A program made the position numbers and the translations under genes. A stretch of DNA of 64,000 bases from Candidatus Cloacimonadales bacterium (GTDB lineage Bacteria; Cloacimonadota; Cloacimonadia; Cloacimonadales; JAIOQZ01), in NCBI GenBank assembly GCA_963665815.1, contig OY762463.1, positions 1,536,001 through 1,600,000 on the forward strand, read 5' to 3'. Below the pieces are notes generated by a model. The model ran no database searches. It was not told where the DNA came from and was given only the letters and a program-made list of their open reading frames with translations. Within the stretch, counting starts at the first letter, position 1. Each line of letters starts with the position of its first letter. Positions 50,601-59,585 of this stretch are shown here, in pieces.

Positions 50601-52332
50601 TGACAATGCTGTAGCTCATTGATTTCACAGGTTCTTTCCAGACATCTATTGATGGATCTCCCATCAAGTTATTCCATTCAGTAAAATCTTCTGTCGAATT
50701 GGATGAGATATTATAATATGTATTATAGAGAGTAAGTTTCCCTCTCATAATAGCTTCACCCATTGTACTCAAATTATCTTTGTATAAACCGTACATTGTT
50801 CCATTTGTCATACAGTTATTCATTTGAGTATGTGTATGTGTTGTTGCCAGTCCGATCGCAGTTATTGCCCCTTTTGGAGAATTTGGGTATCCCGCTCTTG
50901 TGAGATATTCCGTGTTACTTGTTGATGTAGTGTATGTCCCTGAACTACATGTATTAATAACTGCATTAACTAACTTGTCAGTATTAACAAGATTACCAAT
51001 ATCTGAGCTATCCCATCCGCTCATTCCGGACCAACCTCTGTATATGAAGAAAAGAGCTCCTGCATCAATTGCATTATTCATTAGATTGTTATCCGGATTT
51101 CCATCATATATTTCTGTGAATGTATGTGTCGGATGTCTCTCTAAAATGAGATCTTTGGCATATTTACATGTTACTACACAGGAAAGCCCTGAGGGACTAG
51201 TATCTCCTACAAGTAGAGATTTATCAAACGTATTCAGGTTCAATGATGTATCTCTCTCATACTGATTCATTTTAGCCATATATGTACTGAACTGAGTTAC
51301 ATTGTTAATAGAAATTCTTCCTACAAATGCTTCCGGAAGAATATCATTTCCATCAAGACATGCATAGTAATGATCCCCATATCCCTGTGCTGCAGTGCTT
51401 ATTGATCCTCTTGCATCTCCAATGAGCAAAATATAATCTGGTGGATATGTCGAATTCTGATAAAGGTTTAAAAGATAATTTTTAATTGATGAGGAATTGT
51501 TAGATAGTCCATTTACACCTATCTCGGCAATCTCTACATGAAATCCTTTGTTTCTCTTCCATTCAGCATACATTTCAACTTCAAGAAGTAAGTCACTGTT
51601 TGAAGGGCACATAACTACAATAGATTTTTGCTGATATTCTGTTCTTTCTGAATTTCGAACAGATTCATAATTTAATAGCAAACTGCTGTAAATTTTCTCA
51701 AAAGCTCTTGATTTCTTCCTTTCAGTTGTGATTTCATTTGCTCCATAATCACTGAATCTAGTAATTCTGAATGTGACTTTTCGAGTAATTGTAAGATCTC
51801 CTGTTACAACATCATAAGACATTGGACTTACTGTGAGATTCACAGTTCGAACATCTCTCAATATTGCCGGGCTACTAAGTGTAAGCAATTGCATGGGTTG
51901 ATATCCTTTGACAAAATGCTTATCATAATAGTTGGAATTGTACTGAAACTCCAGTGGTTTTTCTGTATCCTGCACTCCTTGGGCAGGATACACTACAATA
52001 TTATTGAGTTTTTCAGTAGTTTTATCCAACTCCTCAACTTTGTAAGCTCCTGTGTTTCTAACAGCAAACATTGCTGAGAAGTTTAACAGTTCCGGAAATC
52101 CTTTTTGAAGCGAAACACCTGCATCGATATTATAAAAACGAGTAAACTCTTTCCCTTCTGCACTTTCTATCCCAGAAAGATATTCGGGAATATTAAATTC
52201 AACTTCAATGAAGTTTGTACCTTGATTAAGAATTGTAAAAATATCAGATTCTTTGATCTGAGCATTAAGAAAACTGAAATTGAATAACGCAATAAAGATA
52301 AGCCATAAGACCAATATTTTTCTGTCTCTCAT
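47695..52332 (-). CDS. Large secreted C25 (gingipain-like) protein with propeptide, Ig-like repeats and FlgD/T9SS-type tail
   Basis: GGAGG before ATG 52332; EWKRNKGF, YILLIGD, DHYYACLDG..PEAFVGRIS, LMGDPS; tail NQPNPFNP...GSGVYF...KAVLLK. Confidence 0.88.
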   Translation of the reverse strand: MRDRKILVLWLIFIALFNFSFLNAQIKESDIFTILNQGTNFIEVEFNIPEYLSGIESAEGKEFTRFYNIDAGVSLQKGFPELLNFSAMFAVRNTGAYKVEELDKTTEKLNNIVVYPAQGVQDTEKPLEFQYNSNYYDKHFVKGYQPMQLLTLSSPAILRDVRTVNLTVSPMSYDVVTGDLTITRKVTFRITRFSDYGANEITTERKKSRAFEKIYSSLLLNYESVRNSERTEYQQKSIVVMCPSNSDLLLEVEMYAEWKRNKGFHVEIAEIGVNGLSNNSSSIKNYLLNLYQNSTYPPDYILLIGDARGSISTAAQGYGDHYYACLDGNDILPEAFVGRISINNVTQFSTYMAKMNQYERDTSLNLNTFDKSLLVGDTSPSGLSCVVTCKYAKDLILERHPTHTFTEIYDGNPDNNLMNNAIDAGALFFIYRGWSGMSGWDSSDIGNLVNTDKLVNAVINTCSSGTYTTSTSNTEYLTRAGYPNSPKGAITAIGLATTHTHTQMNNCMTNGTMYGLYKDNLSTMGEAIMRGKLTLYNTYYNISSNSTEDFTEWNNLMGDPSIDVWKEPVKSMSYSIVSNGGTVSTIDNSIEILVQDSDGNPIENAWVTIHDDNFHQSVYSDNDGNAEIFIENNLDSSLDIVVTKPDYEPIIESVPVTAANAMKPYSIQIHDDVTDETNGNNDGVINPGEKVKIDLTLKNFSDAAAFNPVVALNSDDTCVYIVDNEDNFSTIYINGIVTGNNGYVVYFSEDIQEDTDIVFDITVEDDNSNVWNSKLRVPVVVPSLEVSSVFVDDNSVNPEIQAGNNYSIKMNILNSGSDLENIYGRLESDHHSVIVTDDTGYWGSILNMESISNTGDEFNIEVLQNAIYENEINFTLNLFNYSGYSETKKITIPVTANTGQNFSTGPDNYGYIALDQGDVSYQYSPTYYWVEIDPSRPGAFSGTNTQLIDNGNHDPVNGVTQHIKHFDLPFTFKMYGIDYSRIGISSNGWITFSNIGEYETEQVMFRNYPIPDACGPSPMIAAFWDDIYIGNGAGVYYYYNSTDNTYIVEWSHCKNKQGSTEETFQIVLYDPDYYSTPTGDGNIKIQYKVFNNSDSYFTLDGEPKMGNYCTVGLESHDEVTGLEYTYNNEYDDTSVQLGNNTAIMFTTVLKNAPEKFAQLTDYFILESSTGNNILDAGETVNLVLNITNSGVESIDDLDISVSCSNANISFIVDAVNDLELARNCVTQSQLTFTTGMGMSAGEKFELKLDYTCDGGESYTDFINMEIGQSTSDYSVLSGQVSFSNNNNTNVGDVILKSGIYGLTGLDDRDFSFYVAPGTYSLNGECKDYADDTLEDITVTSGNEASNLNLDFDFLWRPEGISGDVDGADAVLVWNSVGENRDDFVHYKIYKWDHVSGFRLYDTTSDSTWSEEVESEVQEYYYVTSLYMNGESASSETIDILRHSTGIEDGDVNVYTDCLEQNQPNPFNPDTRIQYSLKAGKYTEVKVYNIKGELVKTLVSDFNDAGRHSVVWHGKNNHGNQVGSGVYFIRIESGSFNNTIKAVLLK

Positions 52333-52539
52333 GAACACCTCCGAATAATTTATGTCGGAGATCTAATAAGATAATAGCAGACACAAAACACAATTTTACC
52401 CTTGCCACAGTTCTTCAAGTCCCAACTTTTAAAAAACTGATTCTCTAATATCTTCAAAGTCTCCAACACCTGTCAAATAAGCAATAAGCGTTCCATTTAA
52501 ATAATTTTTATTGTTGATTATTTTTATTCATTATATATT

Positions 52540-53316
52540 ATGACACATATAAATTCAATTTCAGGAGATAAATTGAAATATATTGAAACTGAAGCAATTG
52601 TGCTGCACAGAAAGCAATACCGCAATTCAAGCCTTATTGTGTCATTTATGACAAAGGATATCGGTAAGATATCACTTATCATTAAAGGAGCTAATCGGGA
52701 AAAATCAGGAATGATTGGTTTTTTTGATCTTTTGAACATTATTCATTTAAGGTTAAAAGAAAGTTCGGAAAGCACTTACACTTTCATTTCAGCAAATTTC
52801 AGCAATCATTTACTTTGTGAAAGCTCCTATGAGAAAAGCCAGTTTCAAATAGCATCAACAGAATTGATTAGACAGTGGACTATACAAGATTTTGAAAGCT
52901 CAGATTATTTTTCATTAACAAAGAATTACATTGAATCTGTTAAGACATTAAATTATCCATCTGCGGTACTATTTCTGAGGTATATTATCAGAATTCTTAA
53001 ACTAACAGGAGTTCCGATAAACTTGTTTGTAAAGGAACCCTTTCTTGATCGAGGTGATACCTACTTGTTTGATATCAAGAACAATACTTTAATGAAATGC
53101 AGTATAAGTAAATCTAAAGATGCTGATAAAATTGTATTAGCAGAACCTGCTCTTCGCTTGATAAATAAAATCAACAATTTCAAATACGATAACAGCACAT
53201 TCCCAACAGAAAAAAAAGTATATTTTTTGCTTTACAATCTATTAAAAAACTTTATTATTTATCATGAAAATAGTAACTTTAAACTAAAGACAGTTTTAAA
53301 TATATTTAGTTCATAA
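52540..53316 (+). CDS. recO: DNA repair protein RecO (divergent)
   Basis: TEAIVLHRKQYRNSSLIVSFMTKDIGKISLIIKGA OB-fold signature. Confidence 0.8.
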   Translation: MTHINSISGDKLKYIETEAIVLHRKQYRNSSLIVSFMTKDIGKISLIIKGANREKSGMIGFFDLLNIIHLRLKESSESTYTFISANFSNHLLCESSYEKSQFQIASTELIRQWTIQDFESSDYFSLTKNYIESVKTLNYPSAVLFLRYIIRILKLTGVPINLFVKEPFLDRGDTYLFDIKNNTLMKCSISKSKDADKIVLAEPALRLINKINNFKYDNSTFPTEKKVYFLLYNLLKNFIIYHENSNFKLKTVLNIFSS

Positions 53317-53469
53317 AAAAGCGTTAAAATACCTAATTTTTAGAAGAATGAAAAAAAATATTGACATCTAATTTAATATTAATTAGTTTTGCAATGTTGT
53401 TATATAATGTATTTTTTTTGGATAGATTAAAATATAAAAGAGAAATAAAAGAGAAATTTGGAGGATTTC

Positions 53470-55326
53470 ATGAAAAAATTTATTTTTTTAACTTTCTTTT
53501 TATGCAGTCTTGTACTGGCTTTTGCCCAGACAGGAGGCAATTCAATTGAGTTTGATGATGCAATTGAGCACATCAGAATCCTTGATCAAGATGCCTTCTC
53601 TGGCTATAATTTCAGTGGGGACTTCACAGTTGAATTCTGGCTTAAGCCAAATAACGTAAATGAATATACACATATCGTATCTAAATGGGACTTAAATGGA
53701 AACAGACAATGGGCAGTTGGAAAAGGCGGAAGCGGTATTGCTTTCAAAGTTTCTACAGACGGTACTGACGAACCTACTAACTGGGGGCCATCCGTACTTT
53801 CAGTTGGAACATGGTATCACGTTGCTGCAGTAAGAAGCGGCAGCAGTCTTATCACTTATGTTAATGGAGCACTTCATAGAAGCTATACCGGACCTTCAAG
53901 TATCAATTCATCAGGCACTGCTGATGTTGTCATTGGTGGTTCCCTGAGTAATGATGCAATTCAGGCGGCCAGATCAGTTGCTGACGAAGTAGACGAAGTA
54001 AGAATATGGAATGTTGCTTTATCTCAAGCAACAATTCAGAACTATATGAATCAGACATTAACTGATGGAACTCACCCAAATTCTGCAGACCTTCAAGGAT
54101 ACTGGAAGCTTAATGAAACTTCCGGTTCAACTGCTGCAGATGCCGTTACTACTGTAAATTCAGGAGGAACTGCTCATGATGGTACATTAGTAAATTGTGA
54201 AAATGATGAATGGGGAACAAGCGGTGCAAGAATGTGGTACGACGTTGAATCATTAAAATGGGACGGAGATGCAACTAATTCTGACGTATCCGGCGACCTT
54301 ACAATGACATGTACTAATTTCGTGAATAACGCTGATGATTTTCTCACTATCGGATACGATAATGACAGCTGGTTATATGAAGTATCAGGTGATCTTCCTA
54401 GCGGTGGAATCGAAGGTGACGGTAATGCTGATAAAAGATTAAACAGAATCTGGTCTATCGAAGGTGCAACAGGTAAAGAAGGATCTCTTTCTTTCGACCT
54501 TAACACTATGACAGGTATTACTGGTTTTCTTGGAGAATCTACTGACTTCTTCCTACTTAAGAAAACCACATTAGGTTCTGCATGGACACAAAAAGCAGCT
54601 ACTGTATCCGTAAATGATCAAATAATTACATTCGGTTCAGTTGGAAGCTATGTAGATCTTGCTCCTGGTTACTATACAATCGGCGCAGAAAGCGACGCTA
54701 CACTTCCTGTTGAATTGTCTACATTTAATGTTGCTGTAACAGCTAATAAATTCGTAAACGTTACCTGGGCTACTCAATCTGAAACAGATATGAATATCTT
54801 CAGAGTATTAAGAAACAATACAACTGATCCTTCAACTGCAATAGTTGTTGGTCAAAGACAAGCATCAAATACATCAGTTTATACTGAGTACCAAATTGAA
54901 GATGAAGATGTTGAAGAAGGAAAAACATACTACTACTGGATTGAATCTATTGATCATGCAAACCAGTCATCACTTTCTAATGTTCAGTCAATTACTATAA
55001 GAATTCAGAAAGATCCGGAAGATGAATTTGTTCCTGAAATTCCTAAAAAATATGGTATGACTAACTACCCTAATCCTTTCAATCCTGAAACAACTATCGT
55101 ATTCAATCTTAAAGAAGACGTTCAAAATGCAGAACTCGAAATCTACAACATTCTTGGTCAAAAAATTCAGACTATTCATGTAGGTCACATTTCTGCTGAG
55201 TCTAATGAAGGAACTCGATGGAATGGTAAAGATATGAATGGAACAGATGTTTCATCAGGTATCTATTTCTTCAAACTTAATACTGGATCAAAAACATATA
55301 TCCGTAAAGGTACATTACTTAAATAA
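53470..55326 (+). CDS. Secreted LamG/concanavalin-like protein with FlgD/T9SS-type tail
   Basis: Signal peptide; FTVEFW, WYHVA, DEVRIWNVAL, GYWKLNE; LPVELSTF; NYPNPFNPET...SSGIYF...KGTLLK. Confidence 0.88.
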   Translation: MKKFIFLTFFLCSLVLAFAQTGGNSIEFDDAIEHIRILDQDAFSGYNFSGDFTVEFWLKPNNVNEYTHIVSKWDLNGNRQWAVGKGGSGIAFKVSTDGTDEPTNWGPSVLSVGTWYHVAAVRSGSSLITYVNGALHRSYTGPSSINSSGTADVVIGGSLSNDAIQAARSVADEVDEVRIWNVALSQATIQNYMNQTLTDGTHPNSADLQGYWKLNETSGSTAADAVTTVNSGGTAHDGTLVNCENDEWGTSGARMWYDVESLKWDGDATNSDVSGDLTMTCTNFVNNADDFLTIGYDNDSWLYEVSGDLPSGGIEGDGNADKRLNRIWSIEGATGKEGSLSFDLNTMTGITGFLGESTDFFLLKKTTLGSAWTQKAATVSVNDQIITFGSVGSYVDLAPGYYTIGAESDATLPVELSTFNVAVTANKFVNVTWATQSETDMNIFRVLRNNTTDPSTAIVVGQRQASNTSVYTEYQIEDEDVEEGKTYYYWIESIDHANQSSLSNVQSITIRIQKDPEDEFVPEIPKKYGMTNYPNPFNPETTIVFNLKEDVQNAELEIYNILGQKIQTIHVGHISAESNEGTRWNGKDMNGTDVSSGIYFFKLNTGSKTYIRKGTLLK

Positions 55327-55347
55327 GTACTGCACGGTTTGATATTC

Positions 55348-55376
55348 AGGGAGCTGTTTTCAGCTCCCTTTTTTTT
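55348..55376 (+). terminator. Intrinsic terminator
   Basis: AGGGAGCTG-TTTT-CAGCTCCCT followed by a T run. Confidence 0.9.
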
Positions 55377-55468
55377 GTGTTTTTTTCTTACTCGCTACAA
55401 AGTACTTGACACTATACTAACTTTTGATGTTTGGTTTTTTGAAATTATAAATGAAAATGAGGTAACCT

Positions 55469-56374
55469 TTGTTAGTTCAAAAATACTTTGATACCAGAAA
55501 AGATTTTTTAGATAAGCATCTGAAATCATATCTTAAGCAACCTGATAAAAAAGAATTCCCTTCTCTAAAAGATAAGACTCTTTATGAAGCTATGAATTAT
55601 TCAGTTTTCAGTGGAGGGAAACGACTTCGACCTATCCTGTTGTTTTCCACATACGAAATGCTCAAGGGGAGAAAAAATATTAATTCACTTCTACCTATTA
55701 TACCTTGTGCATGTGCTCTGGAAATGATTCATTCAGCATCTCTTATTCATGATGACTTACCATGTGTTGATGATTCAGATGAAAGAAGAGGAAAACCCAG
55801 CGTTCATAAAAAATTTAATAATGCTACTGCTATCCTGGCAGGGGATGCACTAATTACTAAAGCATTCGAGTGTCTGACTGATATTAAGGACCAGGAAAAA
55901 GCATTGAGATGTGTTAACACGCTTTCCAGAGCTCTATCTACAAGAGGTATGATTGGCGGACAAGCAGTCGATATCATTTCTACTCGTAAAAGAATACGTG
56001 TAAACGTTCTGAAATATATTCACCTTAAAAAAACAGGAGCTCTTCTTCAGGCATCAATGGACATGGCATGTATAATGTTTGACGCTGAAGAAAACATCGC
56101 AATTACTCTTGGAAACTATGCACTCAATATTGGGCTTGCATATCAGATTATTGATGACATTCTTGATGATGTTGGAGCTTTCGACTTTCTGGGGAAAGAA
56201 CCTTACGAAGATCATAAAAACAGGAAAACAACATATCCTGCACTTATTGGACTTGAAAAATCAAAGAAAACTGCTGAAAAATTACTTAATGATTCATATA
56301 AGTTAATCAAAAGTATGAAGAATAATGAAATACTCGTTGAAGTAATAAATATGGTGAAGGATCGTCTTCCATAG
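55469..56374 (+). CDS. Short-chain polyprenyl diphosphate synthase (GGPP synthase-like)
   Basis: GGKRLRP; first Asp-rich motif ASLIHDDLPCVDD..RRG; KTG; second motif QIIDDILD; TTG start. Confidence 0.92.
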   Translation: MLVQKYFDTRKDFLDKHLKSYLKQPDKKEFPSLKDKTLYEAMNYSVFSGGKRLRPILLFSTYEMLKGRKNINSLLPIIPCACALEMIHSASLIHDDLPCVDDSDERRGKPSVHKKFNNATAILAGDALITKAFECLTDIKDQEKALRCVNTLSRALSTRGMIGGQAVDIISTRKRIRVNVLKYIHLKKTGALLQASMDMACIMFDAEENIAITLGNYALNIGLAYQIIDDILDDVGAFDFLGKEPYEDHKNRKTTYPALIGLEKSKKTAEKLLNDSYKLIKSMKNNEILVEVINMVKDRLP

Positions 56375-57204
56375 TGAAAATCAAGTATTTCATATCTCTG
56401 ACAAGACCTAAAAACCTGATTTTCATCATACTGACAGTATTATTCGGCATATACTATAATAATACATATATTTTCCACTTAAGAAGCATTGCTGCAATCC
56501 TGTCCACAGTATTAATTGCCGGAGCAGGTTATGCAGTAAATGATTTCTTTGACATTCGAGCAGATATTATTAACCGTCCGGATCGAGTTCTCCCATCCGG
56601 TAAACTATCTCCTAAAGCTGCATATATTTTCTCTGTAGCTCTTTTTGTTGCCGGTATTAACATTTCGGTTTTCACTTTTAAGTGGTTGATGTTCATTCTT
56701 GCTTTTGTGAACTCACTTCTGCTCTTCTATTATGCCAGGAATCTTAAAAAAGATTTTCTGACCGGTAATATTCTCGTAGCTTATACATCAGCATCAACAT
56801 TTATTTACGGAGCATTGCTCTCAAATAATCTCAATAACTGTATCTGGATCATTCTTTATGCATTCCTCCTGACCCTGTTGCGTGAGATCGTGAAAGATAT
56901 GGAAGATATAACAGGTGATTCAGCTATTGATGCTAATACTTTACCTCTTCATCTCGGAGTAAAAAAGACCAGTTTTATTGTGTTAATCCTGAGTATTGTT
57001 CCGATGTTAATCAACATCTATTCATACACCTCCCATTACGTTTCGTTTAAGTACTTTATTGTAACAATGTTCTGCGTCTTTATTCCGATTATCTCCCTTT
57101 CTATTTATCTCTTAAAAAGTACTGATGCAAAAAGATTTACTAGTGCATCTGCAATTCTCAAAATACTGATGCTTATTGTTTTAGTCCTTACACTTTTTCT
57201 ATAA
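56374..57204 (+). CDS. UbiA-family prenyltransferase, DGGGP synthase-like
   Basis: LTRPKN, NDFFDIRADIINRPDRVLPSG, GNILVA, REIVKDMEDITGD; multiple TM helices. Confidence 0.82.
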   Translation: MKIKYFISLTRPKNLIFIILTVLFGIYYNNTYIFHLRSIAAILSTVLIAGAGYAVNDFFDIRADIINRPDRVLPSGKLSPKAAYIFSVALFVAGINISVFTFKWLMFILAFVNSLLLFYYARNLKKDFLTGNILVAYTSASTFIYGALLSNNLNNCIWIILYAFLLTLLREIVKDMEDITGDSAIDANTLPLHLGVKKTSFIVLILSIVPMLINIYSYTSHYVSFKYFIVTMFCVFIPIISLSIYLLKSTDAKRFTSASAILKILMLIVLVLTLFL

Positions 57205-57312
57205 TACTGTTTTTTGAAAATAATTTGCCTTTATACTAACATTTTTCTTGAAAAATATGCTATGTTCTTTTTTTCTTGTCCAAAATGAAATATGATTATA
57301 AGGAATTGATTT

Positions 57313-58323
57313 ATGAATAAATTAGGAGCAATAATTCTGGCAGCCGGTAAAGGTACCAGAATGAAGTCCAATAAACCTAAAGTTCTTTTTGAAATTGCCG
57401 GTAAATCTCTGGTTCAACATGTTATTGATGCCGGATGTGCAGCCGGATGTACGGATATTACTGCAATTGTCGGCTATAAAAAAGAAGAAGTAAAAGAATC
57501 TCTATCTGCGAATGAGAACATACTATATGCAGATCAGGATGAGCAGCTTGGAACCGGGCATGCTGTAATGATGGCCAGAGATAATTTTGTTGACTACGAT
57601 GGGGACGTGTATGTACTTTGCGGTGATGTTCCTCTACTTACTTCCGAAACTTTAAAAAAAATGTACGCTTACCATAAAGAAACATCTGCATCCTGCACCG
57701 TTCTTACAGCAGTTATGGAAGATCCTGCCCGTTATGGAAGAATTGTAAGAGATGACTCAGGTAACATCAGTAAAATTGTAGAATTCAAGGATGCCAGTAA
57801 CGAGCAAAGAGATATAAAAGAAATAAATACAGGTATATACATCTATAATTGCAAAGACCTATTCAATTCTCTGAGTAAAATAAATAATAAAAATGCTCAG
57901 GGCGAATATTATCTCACAGATACACTTGAGTTACTCAATGCTGAAAACAAGACAGTATCAGGAATTGTTCTGGATAATGTAATAGAAGCATCAGGTATAA
58001 ATTCACAGAAACAGTTAAGTGAGCTCGAAGTATCATACTATAGAAGCATCAAAGACAAATGGATGGAATCGGGTGTATATATTGAGAACCCTGATACTGT
58101 CATCATCGGTCCGGATGTTGAAATACAAAATGACGTTGTAATAAGAGCGAATACAATAGTTAAAGGCAAATCCGTAATCGAATCAAATACTGAAATTGGA
58201 CCGTTCTCGTTTCTGAAAGATGCTGTTATCAAAAGTCAAACCATCCTGAATGGTTATAATGTAATAATCAGCAGATCAATTGACGCTAATTCCAGAATGC
58301 GAATTATGGAGTCATTATATTAG
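57313..58323 (+). CDS. glmU: GlmU-like N-acetylglucosamine-1-phosphate uridyltransferase with truncated hexapeptide domain
   Basis: LAAGKGTRMKS, QLGTGHA, GDVPL, YGRI, EINTG, EYYLTD; only 336 aa. Confidence 0.85.
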   Translation: MNKLGAIILAAGKGTRMKSNKPKVLFEIAGKSLVQHVIDAGCAAGCTDITAIVGYKKEEVKESLSANENILYADQDEQLGTGHAVMMARDNFVDYDGDVYVLCGDVPLLTSETLKKMYAYHKETSASCTVLTAVMEDPARYGRIVRDDSGNISKIVEFKDASNEQRDIKEINTGIYIYNCKDLFNSLSKINNKNAQGEYYLTDTLELLNAENKTVSGIVLDNVIEASGINSQKQLSELEVSYYRSIKDKWMESGVYIENPDTVIIGPDVEIQNDVVIRANTIVKGKSVIESNTEIGPFSFLKDAVIKSQTILNGYNVIISRSIDANSRMRIMESLY

Positions 58324-58332
58324 CAGGTATAT

Positions 58333-58815
58333 ATGAATAATGTATTATACTCACCATGGAGATTACAATATATATTATCAGAGAAAGAAAAAAAATGTGT
58401 TTTCTGTATAGATGATAATGATGATAAACACTATATTGTATACAGATCAAAGAGCTGCTTTGTAATTCTGAATCTCTTTCCTTATAATAATGGTCATATA
58501 ATGGTCATTCCGAACAGACACTTATCTGAATTGTCGCAGCTATCTGCCGAAGAGCTTCATGATTTATTTGAAACAGTTCAGAAGAGCGAGAAAGTTCTGA
58601 AGGAAGTTTATCAATGCGAAGGAATAAATGTTGGAATCAATCTTGGCAAGGCAGCAGGAGCAGGCGTGGATGAACACCTGCATGTACACCTTGTACCACG
58701 ATGGTCTGGAGATTGTAATTTCATGACTGCTGTTGGTGGAACAAGAGTTATACCGGAAAGTATGAAAAGAACTTACCAAAGAATCAAGGAACAGTTTGAC
58801 AATCTATATGGATAA
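58333..58815 (+). CDS. HIT-family nucleotide hydrolase
   Basis: CVFC, LNLFPYNNGH, HLHVH triad. Confidence 0.93.
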   Translation: MNNVLYSPWRLQYILSEKEKKCVFCIDDNDDKHYIVYRSKSCFVILNLFPYNNGHIMVIPNRHLSELSQLSAEELHDLFETVQKSEKVLKEVYQCEGINVGINLGKAAGAGVDEHLHVHLVPRWSGDCNFMTAVGGTRVIPESMKRTYQRIKEQFDNLYG

Positions 58816-59203
58816 AAAAATCTTGTTTCCAAGTTTTTCAATAATTCTTATACTGGGTATACTGTTTGTAAATTCAGGATGTAAAAAGGAAAAACAAGAG
58901 ATTAACGAAGAAAATTTCCCGGCTATCAGAGTAATTCTTTTAAATGGGTGTGGTTATAAAGGTATTGCTCAGAAAGTTCGGAAAAAAATACTTAGAAAAA
59001 ATATAGATGTTATTTCTTATGGTAATGCTGAGAAGTTTGTTCACAAACGAACTCTTATTGTTGTCAGACAAAATGATGCTGAAGATCTGGAAAGATTAAA
59101 AAGAATGACAGGCATAGAATATGTTGTTTACGCCTGTAAACCAGATACTGATGCACCTTTTGAGATCATACTTGGGAATGACTTTGAACAGTTTTTTAAC
59201 TAA
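58808..59203 (+). CDS. LytR C-terminal-domain membrane protein
   Basis: N-terminal TM; VILLNGCGYKGIA; GNA; IILGNDF. Confidence 0.8.
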   Translation: MDKKILFPSFSIILILGILFVNSGCKKEKQEINEENFPAIRVILLNGCGYKGIAQKVRKKILRKNIDVISYGNAEKFVHKRTLIVVRQNDAEDLERLKRMTGIEYVVYACKPDTDAPFEIILGNDFEQFFN

Positions 59204-59219
59204 AAGAAGGTAAAAATAT

Positions 59220-59585
59220 ATGTTAGATCAAGAAAAATTAAAAGAATTGATAGTAGAATGGCTTACACTTAAAAAAGCCTATAATATTGATGTGATAGAT
59301 GTTGCACAAAAATCTTCATTTGCAGATTACCTTATCATCTGTTCCGGTTCCGGAGAGCCACATCTTAAAGCTATTGCAGAGGATGTTCTCGAAAAATCCA
59401 GAGAACACTCTGTTCATCTTCTCGGAAAAGAAGGCGTCGGGAGCAACACATGGATATTAATTGATTTTGGAACTATCATTCTACATATCTTTGATGAAAA
59501 AACAAGAGAAAAATTCAACCTTGAAGATCTGTGGAAACACAAAAAAATTATTGATATTGAAGAGAATAATTATGATCAAGAATAG
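59220..59585 (+). CDS. rsfS: Ribosome silencing factor
   Basis: KKA..I..IDV, DYLIICSG, WILIDFG, R.KFNLEDLW. Confidence 0.95.
   Translation: MLDQEKLKELIVEWLTLKKAYNIDVIDVAQKSSFADYLIICSGSGEPHLKAIAEDVLEKSREHSVHLLGKEGVGSNTWILIDFGTIILHIFDEKTREKFNLEDLWKHKKIIDIEENNYDQE

Noticed and set aside
59461-59571. N-terminal extension of ArgS in the ORF track
   Set aside because: Overlaps rsfS from a TTG; ATG 59572 gives a normal ArgS start
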